Of a DNA stretch of 64,000 nt, positions 43,918-57,089 are shown one piece after another. Position numbers and translations under genes: made by a program. Numbering within the stretch: position 1 is the stretch's first letter; every line of letters begins with the position of its first letter. Under the pieces are notes generated by a model. That model saw only the letters and a list, made by a program, of their open reading frames with translations. It was not told where the DNA came from and did no database searches. Source of the stretch: the human T2T-CHM13v2.0 reference genome, Homo sapiens; the NCBI RefSeq assembly GCF_009914755.1, contig NC_060941.1; one strand, written 5' to 3'.

Positions 43918-44905
43918 CTATAAAAGTTGGAAAGAAAGAATAAAGCTGTTTTTATTCACAGATAATGTGATTGTAAATGTAGAAAATTCTAATAAGTTTA
44001 TATAATAATTCCTATGATTAATATGTAAATTTAGCAAGATTTTAGGTTACAAGAGCAAATATACAAAATTCAACTGATTTCTATATATTAATATGAGCAA
44101 TTGGAGAATAAAATTGACAAGCAATACCATTTAAAATAGCATAGAAAAAATGAAATATCTAGGAATAAGTTTTTCTGAAGACATACAAGACTTCTATACT
44201 GAAAACTCAAACCACTGCTGAGAGAAATTAAGGAAGACATAATTAGATGGAGAGAGAATGCCCCGCTTATGGATTAGAAGAGTCAACATTTTTAAGATGG
44301 TCATTCTTCCCAAATCAATCTATACATTCAATACAATTCCAATCAAAATCACAACAGAATTCTTAATAGAAATTGGCAAGCTGTTTCTAAGATTTATATG
44401 AAAACAGTAAAGGCCCAGAAGAGCCAAACTGTCTTGAAAAAACAACAACAAAGTTTAACCCAAAAATATGAAAACATAAACCCTCAAAAGACTGGTACAA
44501 GAATGTTCAAAGCAGCCTCATTCTTAGTAGCCTCAAACTGAAAACGACGCAGATGTCCATCAACAGGAGAGTAGTTGATCAAATTGCAGTACATTCATAC
44601 AATGAAATACAACTCAGTGATTTAAAAAACGAATTATGGATGCACAACAATGGCGAAGAATCTCACGGACCTTATTTGAACAAATAAGTCCAGACATAAA
44701 ACACAGTATGATTCCATTTTTACCACCTTCAAGAACAGGCAAAGAAAATGTATGGTAGTAGAAGCGAAGAAAACAGTTGCCTTTGGGTGAGAGTGACATG
44801 GATTGATTGGCAAAAGGCATGAGAAAAATTTTTGAGGTGATAAGTGTTCTATATGTTGATTTGGGTGGTTGTTGCATGGGCTGTATCAATTGCCAATATC
44901 CATCA

Positions 44906-45174
<269 letters not shown>

Positions 45175-46550
45175 AAATTGTTCATTTTAATTTTACGTAG
45201 CTTAAACCTCAGTATCAGAGGAAGAAGGGAGGAAGAAGAGAGAAGGAAGCGAGACGAGGGAGGAAAGAAACGTAAGAGAAATCCCAACCAAAAGCAATAT
45301 ATGAACCTTGTTTATCACCTGATTCAAAGCAATCAACTGTAAAAACACATTTTGAGCCAATCAAGAAAAATTGATCATCAACTGGGTAATAGAAGGTATT
45401 AAACAATTGCTGTTATTTTTAGTGGGTATGAAAAAGGTATTACTGTCATTTGTTAGAAATATATATGGAAGTATATGAAGGCAAAATAATAAGACGTCTG
45501 AGATTTGTTTTAAAATACTTCAGCCAAAAAAGTGGACTGGAATAGTGAAGCAAGTTGGCAAAATGTTGATAATTGTTGAAGCTGAATGAAGGGGATATAT
45601 TACTACATTATCTCTGTTGTGTCTGTTTACAATTTTCCACTATACAGTTTAAAAAATAAAATTTAAGTTAAAAATTAGTCATCGATTAGGTCATGTCACT
45701 CCTCTGTTCAAAATCCTCCAGCACGTCTCATCTCAGAGTAAAACCCAAAATCTTTGACATGTACACAGAAATCTGTCAGTGGGTCGTGAAATCAATCTAG
45801 TGCATCATGATCAGCATTTTCATTATATGAAATGGAACAGAAGAGTGAGAAAGAAAGATACTAGAGAATATTACATGTATAGTAAAGATAGGAATTTCTA
45901 TAGGAAATTGTTTGAGTGCCTGTTTGTGTATGTGCATGTGTGCGTTTCTTTCACTGAATTGTGGTGAAAAGTTTGAGAAACAGCTCTACCTCATCTGCCC
46001 CCGGCCCCTGCCCCTCCTGTCTGTCTGCTTTACTCCCCACCCTCTCTTCCCTCCTGCCCTGTAAACCCCCTTGCCGTGCATCCATCGTGCCAGTTCCTGC
46101 CCGGGCATCCGCATGGCTCCCTTCCTCATCTTCATCACTCAGCAAGTGAGCAACCTGCTCACTTGTTGCCTTACCAACGAGGCTTCCCCAGTCATTGCAT
46201 TCAGCACCACTCTCTAGCCTCCTTCATCAGTTTGATTATTCAACTCCATGCACTTACTACACTTGGGTTTACTTGTTCAATGACTCTGCCTACCCCATTC
46301 CCATTCCTATCCCAGAATAGCAGCCTCATGAGAGCAAGGGGTTCACTTGTCTTCTTCGCTGTGGTACCTCCAGCACCAAGAATATTGTTTGGTGCATTCT
46401 AGGCATTCAATAAATATTTGTTCAGTGAAAAAAATTATTGAGGTCTTCTTTGTGCCCAGGACTGTGCTCAGAGCTGGAGAACGAGCAGTGAACAGGGCAG
46501 ATGTGGTTCAAACCTTCGGGGAGCAGAGTTTGCAGGAGCAGCAATGTTAG

Positions 46551-46727
46551 CTGTGGGCCAACATGTTTCAGCTGTGTGAGGCAAGACCATGAGCCAATGT
46601 GTTTCAGCTGTGCGAGGCAAGACTGTGGAACAATGTGCTTCAACTGTGCAAGGGAAGGCCATGGGATGACGTGTTTCAACTGTACAAGGCATGGTTGTGT
46701 GATGTGTTTCAACTGTGCAAGGCACAG
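46551..46727. repeat. 36-bp minisatellite, 5 diverged copies (last copy 33 bp)
   Basis: Units start at 46551, 46587, 46623, 46659 and 46695; core TGTTTCARCTGTGCRAGG. Confidence 0.9.
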
Positions 46728-46789
46728 CTGGCAGAAGCACAAGACCTCTCCCAGGCTCTCTGTTGTGAGAGCCTACAACAGAGGGACTT

Positions 46790-47085
46790 AACTGTGTGCA
46801 TGTGTGTCATGTCTGTTGTGAGGTGTGTGTGTGTGGTGTATGTGTGTGTATTTGGTATGTGTATATATGTGTTATGTGTATATATGTGTTATGTGTATAT
46901 ATGTGGTATGTGTTTATGTGGTATGTGTCTGTGTGGCATGTGTGTATATGGGGTATGTGCGTAAGTGTGTGTCTGTGATGTGTGTGTAAGTGGTATGTGT
47001 CTGTGATGTGTGTATGTGAGATGTGTGTGTTGTATGTCTATGTTACATGTGTGTCTTGTGTGTGGTGTGTGTGTGTGTGTCTGTG
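46790..47085. repeat. (TG)n/(TATG)n low-complexity tract
   Basis: Read directly from the sequence. Confidence 0.9.
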
Positions 47086-47134
47086 TTTATGGCAGGTGGG
47101 AGGAAGGATGCCTTCAGGGAGAACTTTCCTGAGA

Positions 47135-48385
47135 AAAACATGAAAACAGACCTATAGATCAATAAAAAGACAAGCAATACAATTAAAAATAAGCAAAAGA
47201 TCCAAACCAATACTTCACACAAGGGCATATTTGAATGGCCATGAGCAGATGAAAAAGTGTTCGATATCATTAGTCAGTAGTGAAATTAAAATTGAAAGCA
47301 CAAGGCAATACCACTGCATGCTCATCAGAATGGATAGATTAAAAAGACCGAAAATGCCAAGTGTTGGCAACAATTTGGGAGGAACAGGAACCCATATGCT
47401 GCCTGTAGAATGTAAAACAATACAACCACTTTGGGAAACTGTTGGTTTCTAATAGAGTTGGATGTATACCTACTCTTTGATTTATCAATTCCTAGGTATT
47501 TACACAAAATAAATGAAAATATGTGTTCATATAAAAGCTTTGTATGCAAATGTTCATAGCAATTGGATTATCAACTTCCAAAAATGGAAACAACTTCAAA
47601 TGTCTATCAACAGGAGAATGAATGAACAAATTAAGTCTTGTACATTAATGTAATGAAATACTAGCTGGGTGCGGTGGCTTATGCCTGTAATCCTAGCAAT
47701 TTGCAAGGCCCAGGCAAGTGGATCACCTGAAGTCAGGAGTTCAAGACCAGCCTGGTCAACATGGCAAAACCCTGTCTTTACTAAAAATACAAATAATAAT
47801 AATAATAATTAACTGGGCGTGGTGGCGTGTTCCTGCAATCCCAGCTACTTGAGAGGCTGAGGCAGGAGAATCACTTCAACCCAGGAGGCAGAGGTTGCAG
47901 TGAGCTCAGACTGTGCCATTGCACTCCAGCCTGGGCAACAAGAGTGAAACTCCATCTCAAAAACAAAACAAAACAAAACAAAAAAAGAAATACTACTCAG
48001 CAACAAAAAGAAACAAATTGCAGATACACACCATGACATGAATTAATCTCAAAAGCACTATGTGGAGTGAAAGAAGCTGCCAATCACAAAAGAGCAAATA
48101 CGAATTGATTCCACTTATATGAAGTTCAAGAACAGGCAGCACTAATCTCATAGTGGTAGCTAAACAAAGCAGTGATCGCCTGGTGGTAGGACATTGATGG
48201 GAAAGGAACACAAGGGAACTTTCTGCTGTGGTAGAAATATTCTGCATATCTTGATTTGGGTGAAGGTTGATGAAAGCATTCTATATTTCTTCATTTGGGT
48301 GATGGTAATGTGGGTATAAATATTTGTCAAAATTCACCAAATGATACACTTAAGATCTATGCATTTTATTTTATGTAAAATATAC
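47135..48385 (+). mobile_element. Old L1 3' region interrupted by an AluS (47664-47986; TSD GAAATACTA)
   Basis: L1 ORF2 end and 3' UTR motifs; TSD copies at 47655-47663 and 47987-47995. Confidence 0.8.
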
Positions 48386-48984
48386 CTCACCTCTCTCTCA
48401 TGGGAAAGAAACCTAAGGTACTGAAGGCTGAGTAGAAATTAGCCTTGGGTGAAGGGGAGAAGAGCATTCTAGGCAGAAGGAACCATGTTTGGGATGCTCA
48501 TGAGGTGGGTAAGGTCTTAGTGTACTCCAAGAACAGAGAGGAACCAGAGGCGTTTGGAGAATGAGGAGAAAGGAGGGCAGTAGATGGGCTAGTGTGTAGG
48601 ATGGATGGGACTTGGTCTTGCTAAACCTTATGGGCCAGGTAAGAAAAAGAAAACATGATCAGATGCAAGGAAGAATGGATGGGAGAGAGCAAGAGGTGAG
48701 AAGGGTGAGACCTCTTAGGAAGTTACTACACTCATCCAGGCAAGACCTGGTTGGGGATTGGGCTAGGCAGGGGCAGGTGGAAACAGAGTATCTTATTCTT
48801 ATTCACTTTTGGCAGTACAGTCATATTTTGGTGAAATGTGTTTTGCAACCAGGTAGAGAAACGAGAGCACGTTTGTAAGCTGGAGATCCTTACTCACTGT
48901 TGTGAGAAGAAGGGATGTAGCTGGTGGTGAGGCTGGGCAGAAGGGCAGGCCAATCCTGCCAATCACTCAGTGGAACCTTTTTGT

Positions 48985-49445
48985 GTTAATTGCCTCTTGC
49001 TCCAAAACAAACTACCCCAAAATTGAGTGACTTAAAAGAACAACCACTTTAGTAGCTCATGATTTTGTCATCTGGATTGGGCTCAGCTGGGTGACTATTC
49101 TGCTGATCTTGCTGGTCTGGTGGTCTTCAGTGTACTGAGCTCAGCTGGGACTGCTGGCTTGGCTGGGCCTTTCTCTCTTTCCATGTTCTCCATGTTCTTT
49201 TCCATGTGGTCTCTTTAGCAGGATAGCTAGATCTTTTACATGGCGACTCAGGGCTCCCAAGAGCACAAAGCAGAAGCTGTAGACTTTCTTAAGGCTTAGT
49301 GGGGCGCTGCCACATTGTATTGGTACTGTGTTGATTGTATTGTATTGTATTGTATTGTATTGTATTGTATTGTATTGTATTGTACTGGTTAAAGCACATC
49401 ACAAGGCTAGCTTAGATTCAAGGGGAGGGGGCCACACCAAGGTCA
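48985..49445 (-). mobile_element. Old MLT1-type LTR containing (ATTGT)10 at 49334-49383
   Basis: aaactaccccaaaattgagtgacttaaaa...gggctcagctgg...agattcaagggg. Confidence 0.7.
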
Positions 49446-50548
49446 TTAATGTACAGACTATTACAGCCACTTAAGGAGCCATGTGACCTTCGACAAGTTA
49501 TTCAACCTCTCCAAGCCTCAATTTTCTTATCTTGGAAATGGGAATAATCCTATCACTTACTTCATAGTGTCCTCGTTCAGATTAGATAAAGTAACGTGCA
49601 AAGAGTGTGGCAGGGTGCCTGGCCTAGAGTAATGATGGTCATCATCAGTGCATTGCTGCTGCTGCTGTCACTGCAGAAATGTGTGTTTACGGAGCCCCTA
49701 CACCGTGCAGGCCCTGCCCTGGCCTTACTCTTCTGAAGGAAAGTCTACCCCTACTTAGTGCTGGGAGCAGGCGGCTGCCTGAGAAGAACTCTTACGTGTC
49801 TGGTGTCTCTTGCTCTCTGCCAGCATCCATTGCCCAGTGAGAAAGGCCCATTAATCCCTGCAATGCCAGGCGAGGAGCCAGCCAGGCTCTGCCCTCCTCC
49901 TTTCCCTCCCATCTTCTTGTTTTCTTTTTGTTAATTAAATATGGGTCAGCTATTGACACGAATGTTGACTGCTGCCATGCCAACCCAGAGAGCATCCTGG
50001 AGGGACAGTGGCCTTTGCCCTGCTTCCAGCCTCCACCTCAGGTCTCTGTCCCCTGTGCCTGTGCCTCTCTCTCTCTGTTTCTCTGTCCATCCGTCTCTGT
50101 CTGTCTTTTTCATCAGTCCCCACAGGGTGCTCTTCTATGTTTCCAGCCAATTGGCCCCTGAAAAGAGCAGGACACAAGGCCACCTCATCGTCCAGGCAGG
50201 TCTTAAAGTCCTATCGCCTCCCAACATTTTCCTAATGTTAAAAGGTCCCTTAGATTTCCTATCCACCATCCCTATATGTTTAGTACCTATCAGTCAGTTG
50301 ATTAAATGCATAACAATGGAAAGTTACTATGAATTCACTAATGCTTTTAAATGAAAGCATTTTTTTCGTCCTAGCCAGAATAAGGGATACTGTGGCATAT
50401 ATCTGAGAGACATATCATTGATTCTGATTTCAGGCACTATTTGGCAGCCTTTGTGGATTCGGAGCCTGCTGCCCTGCCCCCTACTCTTTGCTGTAATTCT
50501 GGGATGCCCACGATGCTCTGTTTACAGATCAGCACCTTGTATTTACCC

Positions 50549-50710
50549 CTGCTGCTTAAAGCGGGGTCCACAGACCCCATTGTCAGCATCTCCTGGGAGC
50601 TTGTTAGAAATGCAGAATCTTGGGACCCACTTCAGACCTACTGATCAGAATCTATATTTTAACAAGTTCTCCAGGTGATTCTTGTGCACATTAAAATTTC
50701 AGAAGGCTGC
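50549..50710. mobile_element. MER5A1-like element
   Basis: cagcatctcctgggagcttgttagaaatgcagaatc...aacaagttctccaggtgattc. Confidence 0.8.
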
Positions 50711-52739
50711 GTTAGTAGAGACGGCTAGGGGTCACCTACCGTCCGTCAATCAACCAGTAGTTGCTGAGTGCAGAGGCTTTGGAACCGGCAACCTGGGTGT
50801 GAATCCCAGCTCTTCCATGTGGCACATATGGGGGAGATTCCTCCATGTGTTGGGCCCTGGGGTGGGTGCCAGAAATATGATACAGGGAAAACCAGGCATG
50901 GATCCTGTTCTCTGGGCATCTACCGCCTAGTGGGGGAGACATGTGCTAATGAATGTGAAACTGTAAGGCTCTGAAAGAAGTAAACACAGATCCATTCATT
51001 CACTCCATTCATTTAACAGGTGTTCATTGAGTACCTACTCCATGCCGGATACTGCTGGGCATAGGAGATATGAGAGCATATACAATAGAACTTGACCTAC
51101 CCTGGGAAGTCAGGGAGGGCTTCCCTGAGGAAGTGACACTTGAGCAGAGAGTGAAGGATGCACTGGAGTTCACTGAGAGAGGATGGAGTGGGGGTGGCAC
51201 AAGGTTTTATCACTGAAAGTGTCAAATTGCTGAAAAGACTAGTGTTTTGAACCTGAGAAATCCCCATGGGATACAGCACCAAGAAGTCACTGTTGACGTC
51301 CGTGGGAGCTTTTTCTTGGGAGTGATTGGACTGAAGCCAGGTTGGATGGTTGGAGGCATGTGAGTGGGAGGTGAGGAAAAAGAAAGGGTAGGCAAAGTCG
51401 TTCCTTTGAAGCAGTTTGCCTGGGAGGGAGGCAGGGAGAAGGCAGATAGTTGGTATGGGTACAGGGGTGGGTTTTCTTTGATTTATTCTTTGTAGCTAGG
51501 GAAACTGCTTTTGATGAGCTATGTAACCTTGTGTTTTGCTTATCATCTCTGAGGCCAGTTTCTTCTGTCTCTGTATAATGCAAATAATAGACACAAAATA
51601 AAAACCAAACCCGCTGTAAATTAATGATGTTGGAATTCCTCTTAGAAAGTGAAGTGCTCCCGTTTGGAGGAATGCTCTGATTAGAACTGCTTGAGGGTTA
51701 AAGAGGAGGCCTCAGAGGCTCTGGGTGTGGGCAGAGCTGACTTGCTGAGCCCCAGGAAGGAAGGTGGCAGCAACTGGAAAGAGAAGGAAGCAGAGAGGGG
51801 TGGGCAGTGGCAAATCATCAGGAGACCAAAACCTCTGGGACTGATGAGGAAGGCGGCCAACCCCAGCCTTCCCCCAATATTCCAGCAACCTTCTCTGCTC
51901 ACAAACTCCTTGGTGCAAGTGGACATTTTTTGTGGAGGCCCTTGAGAACCTGTGGATTTCCATGTCTGATCTGATGAGAATCAATTAGACTGAGGCAGCC
52001 CAAGAGGGGCAGGACCCAGACACAGGGAGAGGTGTGCAGAAGGAAGCCCCAGCAGTTCTCAGCAATCACAGATAGGGCTCTTTGAATGACAGGGATAGAG
52101 AAACCAAGGGTCTGGTTTATCCAGTTCTTCAAGGGGCATGGAGACCACTGCTAACATTGGATTAGATCCTATGCAGAGGCACTGCACTGCAAAGCTATTT
52201 TATGGGAAATGACATAAAATAACTTTGTTACCTTCATTCATGTCACTAGATTAACAGTCACATATTAGGCACCTGCTAGGTGCCTTATGCACTGTTGTGG
52301 GCATCAGAGTTGCAACATTTTATGAAATAGACTTGAATCCTTGCCCTCCTGGAGCTTACATTGTAGAAGAGGGAGTCATACAATAAGCAAATGAAAACAC
52401 ATAGTATATTACATGATGATAGGAGCTAGGGAGAAAAATAGAAGAGATTTGTTTATAGTTTCATGAAGGAAGAGGGACAGAGAGTACCAGAGCTGGATGT
52501 ATATGTTGGGGAGAGGGAGGTTCATTTAAATAGTGTGGTCAGGGAAGGCCTTAGTGTAGGGTGACCTTGATCAACTCTGAAGAAGGTGAGACGTGAGCCC
52601 TGGGGACATTTGAAGGACATTGAAGACCATTTCAGATAGATGAAATTTAGCAAAGGGGTTTCCATCCAGCTGGGAAGATGAGACTTACTCAAGCATCACC
52701 AACCTGGTCTTCACTATCCATATTTCTATCACAGTTATC

Positions 52740-54136
52740 ATAGAAATATGGACAATGAAGGCCAGGCTGATGAATGACAGGCTTGTTTCAGATGGAAATG
52801 AGGAATTCATTGGGAACTGGAGCAAAGGTCATGCATGTTACACCTTAGTGAAAAACATAGCTGTATTGTGTCCATGCCCTAAACATCTGTGGAAGTTTGA
52901 ACTTCAGAGTGATGGCCTAGGGTATCTGATAGAATAAATGTCTAAGCAGCAAAGTGTTCAAGAAGTGGTTTGGCTGCTTCTTAACAACCTATGCTCAGAT
53001 GCAGGAGCAAAGAAATGACTTAAAGTTGTATTTTATATTTAAAAGGGAAGCACAGCATAAAAGTTTGGAAAATTTGCTGCCTAGTCATATGGCAAAGAAA
53101 GAAAAAGTTTTTTTGGGAGAGGAATTCAAGAAGGCTGTGGAGCAACTACCTGCTAGAGATATTTGCATAACTAAAAGGGAGCCAAGTGCTAATATCCAAG
53201 ACAATGGGGAAAAGGCCTTGAGGGTGTTTCAGAGACCTTTGGGGTAGCCTCACCCATCACAGGCCCAGAACCTTAGGAGGAAAGAGTGGTTTTGTGAGTC
53301 AGGGCTAGGGCCCCACTGCCCCACAGGCCCCCAGGATACTGATCCCTGCATCCTGGCTGCTCTGGCCCCAGTTGTGGCTCTAAAGGGCCCAGACACAGCT
53401 CAAGCCACTGCTCTGGAGAATGAAAACCATAAGCCTTGGCAGTTTCCATGTGGTGTTAAGCCTGCAGGTTCACAGAGTAAAAGAGTTGAGGCTTAGCAGC
53501 CTCTGCTTAGATTTCAGAGGATGTATGGAAAACCTAAGTGTCTAGGCAGAAGCCTGCTATAGGGGTGGAGCTCTCACAGAGAACTTCTACTAGAGCAGTG
53601 CCAAGGGGAAATGTGAGGTTGAAGCCCCCACACAGAGTCTCCAATGGGGCACTGCCTAGTGAAACTGTGAGAAGTGGTCCACATCCTCCAGACATGAGAA
53701 TAGTAGATCCACCAGCAGCTTATACCCTGTGCCTGGAAAAGTCACAGGCACTCAACCCCAGCCCATGAGACCAGCCAGGGGTAGCTGTACCTTGAAAAGC
53801 CACAGGGGTGGAGCTGCTCAAGGCCTTAAGAGCCCACCCCTTGCACCAGTGTGCCTTGGATATGGGACATGGAGTCAAAGAAGATTATTTTGGAGCTTTA
53901 AGATTTAATGACTGCTCTGCTGAGTTTTGAACTTGCATGGGGCCTGTAGCCCCTTTCTTTTGGCCAATTTCTCACTTTTGGAATGGGAATATTTACCCAA
54001 TGACTATATCCCCATTGTATCTTGGAAGTAAAGAACTTGCCTTTGATTTTAGAGGCTCACAGGCGGAAGGGACTTTCCTCATCTCAGATGAGACTTTGGA
54101 CTTAAACATGAGATTTGGGAGGGGCCAGGGGCAGAA
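52740..54136 (+). mobile_element. MST (MaLR) internal region, 5'-truncated
   Basis: atatggacaatgaag...gggaactggagcaaaggtca...ttggagctttaagattt; ends in the polypurine tract gggaggggccaggggcagaa. Confidence 0.88.
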
Positions 54137-54539
54137 TGATATAGTTTGGATCTGTGGCCCCTCTTACCAAATCTCACGTTGAATTGTAATTCCCAGTGTG
54201 GGAAGTGGAGCCTGATGGGAGGTGTTTGGATCATAGGGGTGGATCCCTCATGGTTTGGTGCTGTCTTCATGATTGTGAGTTGTCGTGAGATCTGCTCATT
54301 TAAAAGTGTGTGGCGTCTCCCTCTTAATTATCTCTCCTTTTCACCATGTGATGTGCCTACTCCCCCTTTGCCTTCCACCATGAGCGTAAGCTTCCTTAGC
54401 CCTCCCTAGAAGCCAAGCAAATGCCAGCACCATGTTTCCTATAAAGCCTGCAGAACTGTGAGCCTGTTATACCTTTCTTTCATATAAATTGCCCATTCTC
54501 AGGTATTTCTTTATAGCAACGTGATAATGGCCTAATACA
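54137..54539 (+). mobile_element. MST 3' LTR
   Basis: TGatatagtttggatctg...ctaataCA directly after the PPT. Confidence 0.9.
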
Positions 54540-56657
54540 TGACTTGAATGACAGCTCATCCTCTTGACAGCACAAACAGCCCCTCCTCTGAGAAGCCTTC
54601 CCTGACTTCCCTCTCTCCATCAAGACCTGCAGGCCCCTTCCTCCGGGCACCTCTATACCTTGTATCCACCACTATCAGCGCTTGTCTTGCTGTGCTCTAT
54701 TCTTTATTTTTACATGTGTCTACTCTAGGAGGCTGTGTGCTTGGGGCTTGGCTAGTCCATATATTTGTTATTCCAGTACCCAGCACAGGGCTGACACCTA
54801 GAAGGAGAGCATGGCTAGAGGTGGGCAGGGAGTGGAAGGCAGGCTGAAGAGAGGATTTGAGGCCTGATTGGAGGAGACAAGGAAAGTAAATCTGGGTGTG
54901 CTGGATAAGATGGTTTTCAGAAGGAGAACTGGGCAGGAAATCAACTAGCAATGATGCTAACAGACACAGCAATGGGGATAGTGGGAGGAAGTTTGCCCTA
55001 ATCATGAGAAGGGAGAATGAGGAAGAAAGGAGAGGCAGGAGAGACTTCAAGGAGAACTTGCTGCTTAACCACAGAGTGTGGAGGAGAGGGTATCACTGAT
55101 GATGACCCAAGCTTGGATGCTTGGAGAAAAGAGAATGAGGATCGCACCACGTTACGTGCACTACATGGTTTATCTCACTGATCCCCTCTACTTGAGATTG
55201 TTTTCATTTTACTCCCTGGAGAGTGACTCTTAAACGATGTTCCTGACATCGGAATTTGAATAATAACATTAATATAACAGGGCAGTCCAATGGCTATTAA
55301 TTCACATTAGTCTCAATTCTGGGTGCCTTTAGTGGAATCTAGAAATTTGTATACAAACAGTCAGTGATGATAAGACACCTGCTGAACAGACACATCTAAG
55401 GCTGGATTCATAGGGGCTATGAAATAATAATAATGATAATGATGAGCCTACATTGCCAGAGTACATTAAAATCAGAGTAATTAGTTAATTTGAAATAACA
55501 ATACCCATTAAGATCATTAAGAACACCTTAACTCGATTTAGTATCCCAGCTGTAAGCTTCTCAAAGGTTTTCTCAGGAATCATCTAATTCAGATTCGGAA
55601 TAAGATGAAACTCCCTATTCCTTTCCTTCATTTGATGAGCATTTATTGAGCACCTACTAGATGCCACATTCTCAGCTGGGACTGGGATATAAAGAGAAAC
55701 AGGACAGGGCCCTGTCCTCGGGGACCTTGTTCTTTAGGGAAACAGATGGCCCTGGGAATGGTCAGTGATCACTCAGGGTGGCTGGGGAGTCCCGAGGAAC
55801 ACAGAGGAGGGGAGGTCAGTGTGTCCTAGGGTGAGGGAGCCTGCAGCCCAGAGAGGCTGAACAAAAGCATAGCTAACATTCATCGGTGCTGCCTGGAATG
55901 ATGACTGTGAAGATGAGCTAAAGTGACCCTGAAAACCAAGCTTGTCAACCTGTGTTTGCCATGAAGCAGGAAATTCAGAGGTATATTTCCTGGTGGGGAG
56001 GATGGAGCCACAGTTCTGGACCCTTCTCTTTCATTACACTCATCACATCAAAGCTCCAGAAGTTGGGTTCAGAGTCTGGACCTCCCTCTTTGTGAATAAA
56101 AAGACAAAAAGACCTCTGAGGAGACCCCATTCTCTAGGGGGCCTATTGAGGAAGTGCTGGATTGACATGTGAGACCCCTCCCTGCTGGGATCTGGTTAAC
56201 CAATTTGCTCCTGAGTCTGTTTTTCAGATGTGCAGCCACCTCCCGCTAGCAGGCTTGAGAAGTGAGGGTAGCAGGTTCTAGGTTCAGGGAAGAGCCAGTG
56301 CAAAAACCCTGGGGTTTCCATGTTCCAAAGCTGTTGGAGATCAGCGCTGCTGAACTCTTGACAAGGTAGAGGTTGGTCCAAGAGGGGCCCGTGGGAAGAG
56401 TTTGGACCCCATTCTAAGGGCAATGGGAAGGCACTGAAGGATTTCCAGGGGAGTGATGACATGAAAACATTTACATTTTTATAAATAATCCCTCTCGTCC
56501 CTGAGTGGAGGCTGGATTGGAGGTGAGTCTCCAGATCCCTGCTTTCCAATAAGACTTTCTGAGATGTTGGAAGTGTTTGCATCTGCAGTGTCCAGTGCAG
56601 CGGCCCCTGTAGGGTATATGAACCTAAGAGCAATAACTTATTTTCTTAGAATGACAC

Positions 56658-57089
56658 TGTGGCAGCACGTCTAAATGTGTGTCCCAAGCTAGGGAATCTG
56701 GCGTGGCCAACTCGAAGATTCGTTCTTTACCTGTGAGGAGCATCTGAGCCCCCAGTTTGTCCCGTGGAACATGGGCTGTACAGGAGATTGAGGCCCCGAG
56801 TTTTGGGATCAATGAAGGTGCCAGGTGGAGGTCATTTAGGGGAGGGTGTTAGGTGAAATGCTATGGAGACTGTGTACCGTTTGCAGGCAGTTGGGGTTTT
56901 CCTGGCCAGCCCGACGCCACTGTACTGTAGGGAAGGTGGATGTGTTGTCAGCCTTTGCTACTGGACTCTCTCTCCTGTATGTAAGCCTCTAATAATACTC
57001 CATGTCTTGTTTGCTGGCTCTGGGTCTCCTGTTTGGCCTCTTGAACCTGGTGCCTTCCCTACGGAGGTTAACAGGGGTTTGGCACAACA
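56658..57089 (+). mobile_element. MER54-type ERVL solo LTR
   Basis: TG...CA ends; ccaagctagggaatc...cctcttgaacctggtgccttccc...ggcacaaca. Confidence 0.6.

Noticed and set aside
46200-46220. REST/RE1-like TTCAGCACCAC
   Set aside because: Left half-site only; the GGACAG right half is absent, and it lies in L2-like sequence.
46551-46727. CRISPR-like appearance of the 36-bp repeats
   Set aside because: Units are contiguous, diverged tandem copies with no unique spacers, there are no cas genes, and the context is mammalian.
52755-54182. ORF fragments in the MST internal region
   Set aside because: Broken remnants of the MaLR ORF with stops and frameshifts.
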